The notes under the pieces were generated by a model. The model ran no database searches. It worked only from the letters and a program-made list of their open reading frames with translations, and had not been told where the DNA came from. A program made the translations under genes and the position numbers. Below, one piece after another: positions 19,266 through 28,627 of a DNA stretch of 64,000 nucleotides; within the stretch, counting starts at the first letter, position 1; every line of letters begins with the position of its first letter. The stretch comes from an uncultured Planctomycetaceae bacterium (GTDB lineage Bacteria; Planctomycetota; Planctomycetia; Planctomycetales; Planctomycetaceae), in assembly GCA_963976765.1 (NCBI GenBank), contig CAXBME010000013.1, forward strand, positions 1-64,000, written 5' to 3'.

Positions 19266-22200
19266 ATGAAAATTCGCAAACTGCTCGTCGCCAACCGTTC
19301 CGAAATCGCCATCCGAGTGTTTCGGTCTGCCTACGAACTCGGCATTAAAACCGTCGCGATTTACGCTCACGAAGATCGCTTTGCGCTGCACCGTTTCAAA
19401 GCGGACGAAGCCTACCAGGTTGGTCAGACCGGCGAGCCGATCAAGTCATATCTCGATATCCCGGGCATCGTTTCGCTCGCGAAGCGGATCGGCGTTGACG
19501 CGATTCATCCGGGATACGGCTTCCTGTCCGAAAACCCTGTCTTCGCTCAGGCGTGTGCCGATGCCGGAATTATCTTTGTCGGACCATCGGTCGATGTTTT
19601 GAATCGACTTGGCGACAAGACATCCGCGCGTGAAATTGCAAACGCCGCGCAGGTTCCCGTTCTTGGCGGAAGCGCCTCGGCAATCAAAGAAGTTGGTGAG
19701 GGACTTGAAACCGCGCGATCTCTGGGCTTCCCGATTATCCTCAAAGCGGCTCACGGCGGTGGCGGTCGCGGAATGCGAGTGGTCCAGAGCGAAGATCAGT
19801 TTGCGACATCGCTCGAACAGGCTCAGCGCGAATCGCTTTCGGCGTTCGGCAGTTCCGATATCTTCGTCGAAAAGTTCATCTCTCGTGCCCGACACATCGA
19901 AGTGCAGCTGCTGGGTGATCAGCATGGAAATCTGCTGCACCTCTACGAGCGAGACTGCTCGGTCCAGCGTCGGCATCAGAAAGTTGTCGAAATCGCCCCG
20001 GCTCCGAATCTCGATCCGACCGTGCGGCAGGCACTGTGCGACTCAGCCGTCAAAATTGGTCAGTCGGTTGGGTACTCGAACGCGGGAACGGTTGAGTTTC
20101 TTGTCGACGCCGACACGAATAAGTTCTTCTTCATCGAGGTCAACCCGCGAATTCAGGTGGAACATACGGTGACGGAAGAAGTCACCGGGATCGACATCGT
20201 CAAAAGTCAGATTCTGGTGGCAGGTGGCACGCCGCTCACTGATCCCGAAATTGGATTGCCGAATCAGGATGCCATCTCGACTTCCGGCTTTGCGATGCAG
20301 TGTCGAGTCACGACCGAAGATCCGTCGAATGGTTTTACGCCAGACTACGGACGGATCACTCACTATCGATCAGGCAGCGGAATGGGCGTTCGGCTTGACG
20401 CCGGGTCGGCCTTTTCGGGGGCCGCGGTTTATCCGTTTTACGATTCGATGCTGGTCAAAGTGACCGCTCGCGAGCGCCGGTTCGGACAGGTCATCAAGCG
20501 AATGGATCGCGTGCTGGCCGAGTTCCGAATTCGCGGCGTTAAAACAAACATCCCGTTCCTGCTCAAGCTGCTTCGGCATCAGACGTTTATCGACGGGCTG
20601 TGCACTACTCGATTTATTGATGAGCATCCCGAACTGGTCGACATTGCTCAAAGAAAGAATCGAGCTCAGAAACTGCTCAGCTATGTCGGGCATGTCATCG
20701 TCAACGGAAACGAAACCGTTGCCGGTCGCGAAGTTCCGACACGAAGAACTCCCGCTCCGGTTCCGACGTACGATTCTTCCCAACCGTTGCCGAAAGGAAC
20801 CCGAGACCGCTTGAAGGAACTCGGCCCTGTCAAATTCGGCCAGTGGGTTCGCGAGCAGAAGTCTCTGCTGATTACCGATACGACGTTCCGCGATGCTCAT
20901 CAGTCGCTGTTGGCAACACGGGTTCGAACGGACGATCTGGTAAACATTGCCGAAGCGTACTCACGCCTGGCGCCGGAGTTCTTCTCGCTGGAAATGTGGG
21001 GTGGAGCGACATTTGATACGACGATGCGGTTCCTCAAAGAATGCCCTTGGGAACGTCTCACAAGAATGCGCGAAAAGTGCCCGAATATTCTGTTTCAGAT
21101 GCTGTTGCGAGCTTCGAACGCCGTCGGCTATACGAACTACCCGGACAACGTTGTGCGAGCGTTTGTCAAAGAAGCTGCTGACGCCGGGATGGACGTCTTC
21201 CGGATTTTCGATGCACTCAACTGGGTGCCGAATATGCAGGTCGCGATGGACGCCGTTCTGCAGACTGACGCAATTTGCGAAGCGTCGATCTGCTACACGG
21301 GCGACATCACAAATCCAAAACGTGACAAGTATTCGTTGAAGTATTACGTCGACCTGGCGAAGCAACTGGAAAAAATGGGAGCCCACATTCTGGCCATCAA
21401 AGATATGGCCGGATTGTGCAAGCCTGCCGCCGCAACCCGGCTGGTCAAAGCGCTGCGTGACGAGATCGGGATTCCAATTCACTTCCACACGCACGAGACA
21501 GCCGGAACTCAGATCGCGTCGATTCTCAACGGCGCCGATGTCGGACTCGACATTGCCGACGCCGCAATGGCGCCGCTGTCTGGCGGAACGTCGCAGGTCA
21601 ACCTTAACACACTCAGTGAAGCGCTGCGGTTTACCGATCGGGCGACGGGACTTGATTCCGAGCACATCGATTCGATCGCTGACTACTGGATGGCTGTTCG
21701 AGAATTCTACAAGCCGTTCGAAAGTATCGGTCTGCCTGGAACAGCCGACCTCTTCAACCACGAAATGCCCGGTGGCCAGTACACGAACCTGTATCAGCAG
21801 GCGCGAGCGTTGGGGCTGGCCGATAAATGGCGGGACGTCTGCCGGATTTATGCCGACGTGAATCGGTTGTTTGGCGACATCGTCAAAGTGACGCCGACCT
21901 CAAAAGCGGTCGGCGACATGGCGTTGTTCATGGTCGCCAACGATATTTCTGCCGATGACGTGCTGAACGGTGAGCGGGAGTTCTCGTACCCCGCGTCGGT
22001 TATCGATCTGATCGGCGGAGCGATGGGGCAGCCACCTGGCGGCTTCCCGGAACTGGTCAAAGAACGCATTCTGAAAGGAGCTGCTTCCTTTGATGGCCGC
22101 CCTGGAGAAACACTCCCGGATGCCGACTTCGATGCGGAAGCCGAGAGTCTCAAGAAACTGCTGGGGCGAGCACCAACCTCTCGCGAGGTCGTCACGTCGG

Positions 22201-22706
22201 TTCTTTATCCTCGCGTGTTCGAAGATTTCGCGAAGCACCAGATTCAGTATTCGGATACCAGCACGTTGCCGACGCCGGTCTTCTTCTACGGTCTTGAAGC
22301 CGGGGAAGAAATTGCCATCAACATCGAAAAAGGGAAAACGCTCATCGTTCGATACCTGACGACCGGTATTCCTCACACGGACGGTCGCCGATCGGTCTTC
22401 TTCGAGCTGAACGGTCAACCTCGCGACGTGCTTGTGATGGACCATTCGCATGAGCCAGACGTTGCAGCTAATCCCAAAGCTGACACCAACGATCCGAAAC
22501 AGGTCGGGGCACAGATGCCCGGTATGGTGGTTACCGTCGCGGTCGAGCCGGGGGCAAAGGTGTCGAAGGGGCAGAAACTCTTCACGCTGGAAGCCATGAA
22601 AATGGAAACCACGGTCAGCGCCGACGCCGACGGAGTCGTGGCGGATGTCCTTGTTAAAACTGGCAGCCAGGTAGAAACCGGCGACCTGATGCTGACCTAC
22701 CAGTAA
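19266..22706 (+). CDS. pyc: Pyruvate carboxylase
   Basis: LLVANRSEIA, HPGYGFLSEN, RDAHQSL, EMWGGATFD, IKDMAG, biotin motif AMKM. Confidence 0.98.
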   Translation: MKIRKLLVANRSEIAIRVFRSAYELGIKTVAIYAHEDRFALHRFKADEAYQVGQTGEPIKSYLDIPGIVSLAKRIGVDAIHPGYGFLSENPVFAQACADAGIIFVGPSVDVLNRLGDKTSAREIANAAQVPVLGGSASAIKEVGEGLETARSLGFPIILKAAHGGGGRGMRVVQSEDQFATSLEQAQRESLSAFGSSDIFVEKFISRARHIEVQLLGDQHGNLLHLYERDCSVQRRHQKVVEIAPAPNLDPTVRQALCDSAVKIGQSVGYSNAGTVEFLVDADTNKFFFIEVNPRIQVEHTVTEEVTGIDIVKSQILVAGGTPLTDPEIGLPNQDAISTSGFAMQCRVTTEDPSNGFTPDYGRITHYRSGSGMGVRLDAGSAFSGAAVYPFYDSMLVKVTARERRFGQVIKRMDRVLAEFRIRGVKTNIPFLLKLLRHQTFIDGLCTTRFIDEHPELVDIAQRKNRAQKLLSYVGHVIVNGNETVAGREVPTRRTPAPVPTYDSSQPLPKGTRDRLKELGPVKFGQWVREQKSLLITDTTFRDAHQSLLATRVRTDDLVNIAEAYSRLAPEFFSLEMWGGATFDTTMRFLKECPWERLTRMREKCPNILFQMLLRASNAVGYTNYPDNVVRAFVKEAADAGMDVFRIFDALNWVPNMQVAMDAVLQTDAICEASICYTGDITNPKRDKYSLKYYVDLAKQLEKMGAHILAIKDMAGLCKPAAATRLVKALRDEIGIPIHFHTHETAGTQIASILNGADVGLDIADAAMAPLSGGTSQVNLNTLSEALRFTDRATGLDSEHIDSIADYWMAVREFYKPFESIGLPGTADLFNHEMPGGQYTNLYQQARALGLADKWRDVCRIYADVNRLFGDIVKVTPTSKAVGDMALFMVANDISADDVLNGEREFSYPASVIDLIGGAMGQPPGGFPELVKERILKGAASFDGRPGETLPDADFDAEAESLKKLLGRAPTSREVVTSVLYPRVFEDFAKHQIQYSDTSTLPTPVFFYGLEAGEEIAINIEKGKTLIVRYLTTGIPHTDGRRSVFFELNGQPRDVLVMDHSHEPDVAANPKADTNDPKQVGAQMPGMVVTVAVEPGAKVSKGQKLFTLEAMKMETTVSADADGVVADVLVKTGSQVETGDLMLTYQ

Positions 22707-22875
22707 ACGGCATTTTCCCGCTGAGTGTTACCGCCTGAAGATCGGCAGCTGGTTGTTCGGGATCTGCAGGATGATGCACGCAACATGGCTTGGCTCCTGA
22801 ATCCAAACAAAAGCGTGGGCGTGGCTCGGCATGATGCCTGTGTCAACCGCCTGGATGGTCTCGGCTGCCGGTTGT

Positions 22876-23721
22876 TTATTCCAAGGACGAAGGCTCGACT
22901 GTTTCCTGGTTCGATGTTTCGTCTTCGGTAGTCCCCGGCGGCTCGGATGTCGGAGCTTCGGATGCCTCAACTGAGATGTCCTGAGTTTCTTCGGCGAGGG
23001 GTTGTGCGCCGTCGAGATTGTCGAGTGCTTCGTCGATGGCCTTATCGAATTCGTCGGCGAAGTTGATCTCGGGAACTTCAGCGGGAACTCCGGCTTCATC
23101 AGCGGTTTTGGTGACAGCTTCGATGAAAGCTCGCAGTTCGTCGTCGGTGAGCTTCTCTTTGAACTCTCGATTTCCGTCAGGCTTCTTTGTGCTGATCATG
23201 TCGAGAACGGCTTCGCGTTCGGCCTCGGGGATCGAGTTATCGATCACGCCGCGTGAGAATCGCTGGATGGCGATGTCGGCTGCTGTTTTTTCTTCCTCGT
23301 CGAGTCCCGAGTCGCGGATATAGACGCGTTTGACGAACAGCGAAACACCGGCCGGCAGGATGGGACTCTCTGAGAGTTTTTTGAAGATGGCGCCGACCTG
23401 TTCGAGTTCGAGTTTCCCATCTTTGAATTGTTGCCCGATGTCGTCGATGCGATCGTGCATGCGTTTGCGTTGATCGTCGGGAACTTCGAGTTCGTTCAGC
23501 CCCTCCTTCATCGCGGCGACGGCGATGTCTGTGCCGAATTCACGAGCGTTCTCAGCGATCCAGAGCCCACCAACGACAGCGGCAATCAGTCCCAGAACGA
23601 CGATGACTCCGCATCCAATACCCGCGATCGCGCAGCCGCTGAGTCCCTTCTTCTTAGGGACAGCATCTTCGTCGAACGATTGAAACGGATCTGGTTCTTC
23701 GAACGGGTCTGGCTGAGACAT
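22876..23721 (-). CDS. Hypothetical membrane-anchored acidic protein
   Basis: KKKGLSGCAIAGIGCG followed by one TM helix and a helical acidic domain. Confidence 0.75.
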   Translation of the reverse strand: MSQPDPFEEPDPFQSFDEDAVPKKKGLSGCAIAGIGCGVIVVLGLIAAVVGGLWIAENAREFGTDIAVAAMKEGLNELEVPDDQRKRMHDRIDDIGQQFKDGKLELEQVGAIFKKLSESPILPAGVSLFVKRVYIRDSGLDEEEKTAADIAIQRFSRGVIDNSIPEAEREAVLDMISTKKPDGNREFKEKLTDDELRAFIEAVTKTADEAGVPAEVPEINFADEFDKAIDEALDNLDGAQPLAEETQDISVEASEAPTSEPPGTTEDETSNQETVEPSSLE

Positions 23722-24174
23722 GACAGTTTTCGATTGACTGAAGGGCGGGGCTGAGTCTGAATCGCGTCGCGAGGGTAGCGCCGATTCATGCACGATACGG
23801 CGATGGTCTGAGGATCTCCAGCAATTCGATTACGACATGGCTCCACTCATTCAGTCGTCCGATTCCGAGATCACTCCCTGACGACTTCCGCATGACGCCA
23901 CCCGTGGGCGAACAGAGACGGCTCGCGGGCTTTTCCTGGTCACCTTGTCTGTTGGCAGGAAGGTGGTCCATGCTTTGTATGCTTCCTGGTCTTCCAGATC
24001 GCTACGGTCATTAGAATCACCTCATGTTGAGCAACCGGTATAACCGATAACGGTGATGAGTGCCTCGCCAGGCGAACTTTGCGCGAAGGTTTGCGGCATG
24101 AGGCGAGCAGGAATCTGCCAGTTCAACCGAACTAAATACTCACATTGCGATCTGATCTGGAAGGAATTGAAACA

Positions 24175-26265
24175 ATGAGAAGACTCTTTTGGTGCCTGAC
24201 GGCCCTGGGAGCGCTGACTCTGCCGATGTCGGCAGGTGTCGCGCAGGAGCGAGCGCCGTCAAACAAATATGAGCAGCCGACTCAGAAGCCCAGCGCTTTA
24301 AGCCGTCTCAATTTCCTCAGCCGCAGTTCTGAAAAAGAAACAGCCGCGCAGAACGCAACGCCAACCAGCGATGCCAATGGCGGCGGGATTCTGCGTTACC
24401 AGCGGAATCGACCGGCAGACCAGGAGCAGCCGGCTGAGCGATCCACGACTGGTCTGCAGAATTACCATCGAGAACTTTTCGGCACGGCACCTCCGCCAGT
24501 TGGAAGTTCTGCCTACGCGCCGGCTCGACAGTTGTCGGCAACTCCGGGTAGTGCCTCGTCGAAACAGGACAGCCCCTTCCGTGACTCAGCGGTTCGACCA
24601 GCTGGCGCGACGCAGTCTGGGACAAAGGACTCCGAAATCATCCAGGCTGGTGGCTCTGGTACGAAGCAGACTCCCGGTGGAATTGTGCAGGCCGATTTTG
24701 CTCGCAAGCCTGGAATTGCCGAACCGATTAAACTGACAAGCGGCTCAAGTGCTGCTCCACTTTTGCCGGGCGGCCCAGGCGGCCCGCAGGCAGTCCTGAA
24801 CAGCCCGCTGCTGGATCCCGAACCGGCAATCGACACTCGTCTGCCGGGGCGAGCAACTCAGGTGGCACCGGCTTCCGGGCCGGCTGGTGGCTTTGTCAAC
24901 TTCACGCAGACCGCTCCGCACATCGAAACTCGATGGACCAAACAGTCTGACATCAATGTCGGACAGTCGTGCGAGCTGATGCTGACGGTCAAAAATTCGG
25001 GCGAAGCAAACGCGTCCGACGTTGTGGTTGATGTCTTTTTTCCTCGCACCGTTCGTCTAACAGCAGCCAGTCCAAAGCCTGCCGCAGCTGAAGCTTCAGT
25101 CGTCTGGGAATTTCCATCCCTTGACGCTGGCGAGGAACGTGAAATTCACATCACGATGATTCCGAGCCAGCGTGGCGAACTGACGGCAAACGCCAACGTT
25201 CGATTCTCTACAGCCGCAACGACGCAGCTGGCTGTTGAGGAGCCAATGCTGAAACTCGTTATGCAGGGGCCGAAGGAAGTCATGATGGGCGAGCCAGCTT
25301 CGCATGTTGTGACGGTGTCGAATCCTGGAACGGGCGTCGCTCACAACGTTACTCTTGAAGTCAACATTCCCGAAGGGCTGGAACATCCGAAAGGCAAACG
25401 CCTGAAGATGGAACTCGGCTCGGTAAATCCTGGCGAACAGCGCAGTGTTCGACTTTCGCTGACCGCCGTCGCTGGTGGTTCGCAGAATGTCAGCGTGATT
25501 GCTACTTCCGGAACTGAACTTCGCCAGACTGCCAACGCTGCCGTGGCCGTCCTGGCACCGAGCCTGAATCTGGATGTCACCGGTCCGGCTCTGCGATACG
25601 TCGGTCGCGACGCACGGTACTCACTGAATCTGGTCAACGACGGACAGGCCGTCACCAATAACGTTCGAGCAATGTATGTTGTTCCGAAGGGCTTTGAGTA
25701 TCTTTACGCGAGCCGAGGCGGCAAATACGACGAGACGACCCGGACTGTTTCCTGGTTTGTGGGCAGCGTCAGTCCGAAAGAAGTGATCGAGCTGAGTCTG
25801 AAGCTCAAGCCGATCGAACCTGGCGAATTCAATCATGTGGTTCGAGCTGTGTCAGAACACGGAGCCATCGCCGAAGCCAATGTCGCCACCAGAATCGAAG
25901 GTACGGCATCGCTGGTCCTGGAAGTCCTGGACCTCGACGATCCCGTCGAAATCGGTCGCGAAACGGCTTACGAAGTGCGAGTCCGCAACGAAGGCTCGAA
26001 GGAAGCTCAGAACGTCGGCCTGTCGTTCGAACTTCCGACCGGCGTCAAGCTGATCAATGTCAAAGGTCCCACTCAGCACATTGCTGAAAGCGGTCTGGTC
26101 GTCTTCAAAGCTCTGCCTGCTCTGGAACCTGGCAAGACCGCCATCTTCCAGATTCACATTCGGGGAGCTGACGAAGGTAACCACAGGGTTCGCGCCCGCC
26201 TGACCAGCGACTCAATCCAGGAGCCGCTGACTGTTGAAGAACTGACCCGCTTCTACGCGGACTGA
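24175..26265 (+). CDS. Secreted DUF11-repeat (OmcB-like Ig-fold) protein
   Basis: Signal peptide, low-complexity linker, repeats LTVKNSG, VTVSNPG, LVNDG, VRVRNEG. Confidence 0.85.
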   Translation: MRRLFWCLTALGALTLPMSAGVAQERAPSNKYEQPTQKPSALSRLNFLSRSSEKETAAQNATPTSDANGGGILRYQRNRPADQEQPAERSTTGLQNYHRELFGTAPPPVGSSAYAPARQLSATPGSASSKQDSPFRDSAVRPAGATQSGTKDSEIIQAGGSGTKQTPGGIVQADFARKPGIAEPIKLTSGSSAAPLLPGGPGGPQAVLNSPLLDPEPAIDTRLPGRATQVAPASGPAGGFVNFTQTAPHIETRWTKQSDINVGQSCELMLTVKNSGEANASDVVVDVFFPRTVRLTAASPKPAAAEASVVWEFPSLDAGEEREIHITMIPSQRGELTANANVRFSTAATTQLAVEEPMLKLVMQGPKEVMMGEPASHVVTVSNPGTGVAHNVTLEVNIPEGLEHPKGKRLKMELGSVNPGEQRSVRLSLTAVAGGSQNVSVIATSGTELRQTANAAVAVLAPSLNLDVTGPALRYVGRDARYSLNLVNDGQAVTNNVRAMYVVPKGFEYLYASRGGKYDETTRTVSWFVGSVSPKEVIELSLKLKPIEPGEFNHVVRAVSEHGAIAEANVATRIEGTASLVLEVLDLDDPVEIGRETAYEVRVRNEGSKEAQNVGLSFELPTGVKLINVKGPTQHIAESGLVVFKALPALEPGKTAIFQIHIRGADEGNHRVRARLTSDSIQEPLTVEELTRFYAD

Positions 26266-26295
26266 TTTTCAGCGAGGCAAACTTTCCAGATCGAG

Positions 26296-26329
26296 AGGCC
26301 TGTCCGGAATTTTCGGGCAGGCCTTTTTT
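26296..26329 (+). terminator. Intrinsic terminator
   Basis: AGGCCTGTCCG-GAATTTT-CGGGCAGGCCTTTTTT. Confidence 0.8.
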
Positions 26330-26370
26330 GTGCGCAGAGATGCGACCAGGCTCTCTCAATTCTTTTGGCA

Positions 26371-26895
26371 TTATTTATACGGTCGCAGGTCTCGTGATTG
26401 CCGTTCGCGGTTGACGAGTGTCATCGCGCGTGGCTCGTGCTTGAGCAGGCGGATGATCTGTGACGTGGTTGCGTGAAGCTGTCCCGCTGCCGCGCTGACG
26501 TCCCAGTCGCAGGTGACGATCCGGTCCAGGGCTTCGGCCAGCAGCGATGGGAAATCGTCGTGCGACGGATTGATGCTGATTCGGCCGTTGCGGCAGCGAG
26601 TGTTCCACACTTCGCTCGGAGCATCAGCTGGCAGGGGATTCAGCCGGAATCCAAGAGCGAGATTCAGTCGTAGCCGGAAGATCGCCATACGACGATTGTC
26701 TGACTGGCTGCGCCGCTCGGAGGCTTCTGCTGAGATTCCCGTCTGAGGTTCCAGCAGAACAACCGCCGTCTCCACCTTGTTGCGATGCTGTCCGCCCGGC
26801 CCGGAACGTCGAGTCCGGGTCTCCTGGCACCGGGCATGCAGAATGTCGGGTGGCAACGCTGCCGGGTGGATCGCGTCAGGCGACGTTTCAGACAT
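26371..26895 (-). CDS. Peptide chain release factor-like GGQ protein (codon-independent type)
   Basis: RRSGPGGQHRNKVETAV, ASERRSQSDNR; only 174 aa; ATG overlaps the end of the upstream gene. Confidence 0.85.
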   Translation of the reverse strand: MSETSPDAIHPAALPPDILHARCQETRTRRSGPGGQHRNKVETAVVLLEPQTGISAEASERRSQSDNRRMAIFRLRLNLALGFRLNPLPADAPSEVWNTRCRNGRISINPSHDDFPSLLAEALDRIVTCDWDVSAAAGQLHATTSQIIRLLKHEPRAMTLVNRERQSRDLRPYK

Positions 26896-28240
26896 CAATG
26901 CCCAGCTCTTCAATTTTGCGATAGAGACTCGAAAGCCCGAGCCGGAGTCGCTTTGCTGCTTCACGTTTGTCTGGCCACTGACGCAGGACGCGGGTAATGT
27001 GCAGCCGTTCGTAATGTTTCAAGGCGCTCCGCAGGTCTTCGGTATCGGGCAGCGGCTGTCCGAGTCCCAGCAGATCGGGCGGCAGATCGCCGGGTTCGAT
27101 CGTAGCGTCTTCGCACATCATAACCGCTCGCTCGATGGCATTGTCGAGCTGCCGAACGTTGCCCTTCCACTCGGCTGACATGAGGAGGCGGATCGTCTCG
27201 CTGCTTGCTCCGGCAACTCGCTTCTTCATCTGCTTCGAATATTTCGCCGTGAAAAAGTCGACCAGTTCAGGAACATCGTCGATGCGGTCCCGCAGTGGCG
27301 GAATCGGAATCTTGACTCCGTCGAGGCGGTAGAAAAGATCTTCGTGAAAGTTGTCCTGCGCAACTTCGCGAGCCAGCTCGCGCGTTGTCGATGCCACAAT
27401 TCGGGCGTTGACCTGCTGAGGTTCCGACGCGCCTGCCGGCAGAACCTCCTGGTACTCGATCGCGCGAAGCAGTTTCGCCTGAGTGCTCAGCGGCAGGTCG
27501 CCGATTTCATCGAGGAAAACAGTTCCTTCGCCCGCATGGACCAGCAGCCCTTCTTCGACCGTCTGACCACCGCCGGGCATCGACGTTCGATGGCCAAACA
27601 GCTGACCTTCCAGCAGTTCGACCGGGCGAGTCCCGCAGTTCACCGCCAGAAAACTCTGTTCGCAGTTTGGTCCAGCCGCGTGAACGGCTCGCGCGAAGAG
27701 TTCTTTGCCAGTGCCCGTCTCGCCGACCAGCAGAACGTTGGCATTGGTGACGGCGACTTTCCGAATCTGATCCTGGACGGTCTGGATCGCTTCGCTGGAC
27801 CCGACGATCTCTTCGAGATTCCCTTGCCGCGACAGTTCCCGGCGCAGCGATTGATTTTCGAAGTACAGATTCCGGAATTCGTAAAGCCGATCCAGCTTGT
27901 TGAGCAGGTCTTCAAAAATGACCGGTTTCACCAGGTAATCGAACGCTCCGGCTTTGAATGCTTCAACCGCGTTCTCGACCGTTGCGTAGGCCGTGATGAT
28001 CAGAATGCAGGTGTGAGCGTTGAGCTGGTGAAGACGTCTCAGCAAAGCAATGCCATCTCCGTCGGGCAGCTGAACATCGCAGAAGGCGACGTCGAAGTCG
28101 CGTTCGCGAGCGAGCCGCAGAGCATCGGCAACACTTTCGGCTTCGCCGACTTCGTACCCTTCTCCGAGCAGGACTTCTTTCAGAGATTTCCGAATGATCT
28201 CTTCGTCCTCGACGATCAGCACGCTGCGTTTATCAGCCAC
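26888..28240 (-). CDS. NtrC-family response regulator (REC-AAA+-HTH)
   Basis: IVEDE, DVQLPDGDG, GETGTGKE, FLDEIG, DLFYRL, WKGNVRQL, LYRK; ATG 28264 is an alternative start. Confidence 0.93.
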   Translation of the reverse strand: MADKRSVLIVEDEEIIRKSLKEVLLGEGYEVGEAESVADALRLARERDFDVAFCDVQLPDGDGIALLRRLHQLNAHTCILIITAYATVENAVEAFKAGAFDYLVKPVIFEDLLNKLDRLYEFRNLYFENQSLRRELSRQGNLEEIVGSSEAIQTVQDQIRKVAVTNANVLLVGETGTGKELFARAVHAAGPNCEQSFLAVNCGTRPVELLEGQLFGHRTSMPGGGQTVEEGLLVHAGEGTVFLDEIGDLPLSTQAKLLRAIEYQEVLPAGASEPQQVNARIVASTTRELAREVAQDNFHEDLFYRLDGVKIPIPPLRDRIDDVPELVDFFTAKYSKQMKKRVAGASSETIRLLMSAEWKGNVRQLDNAIERAVMMCEDATIEPGDLPPDLLGLGQPLPDTEDLRSALKHYERLHITRVLRQWPDKREAAKRLRLGLSSLYRKIEELGIDV

Positions 28241-28458
28241 AATTAACTTCCCGCCTTTGGTCATGATCCGAGTTTCTGATCAACAGACGACTCGGTTACG
28301 GACATTGGTTCGGAGCAGTCTACCCGCTGACCTGCGGACGTTCACGCGTGAGAATCACGAGTTCCACAGACAGGAATCAGATGCGTCGTTGCCGATCCGA
28401 CTTAATGTGACGATCATGGCGTTTCGACGGATTGTCGAGCCATGTTTGAGGGATCAAA

Positions 28459-28528
28459 GCAGGGTGGCATCGCCCACCAGCATCGCCAAAATAAAACACG
28501 ACACGATTGGTGGGCAGTGCCCACGCTG
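28459..28528. repeat. Degenerate inverted REP pair, same family as 7989-8059
   Basis: GCAGGGTGGCATCGCCCACCA ... TGGTGGGCAGTGCCCACGCTG. Confidence 0.6.
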
Positions 28529-28627
28529 TCTGGCTTTGAGTGAGTGATCGCGAGGTCATTAGTAAAAATCAGCGTCGGCAAGCGTTCCCAAAACATTCGT
28601 CAGAGCCCTTCAGAAACGAATAATCGA

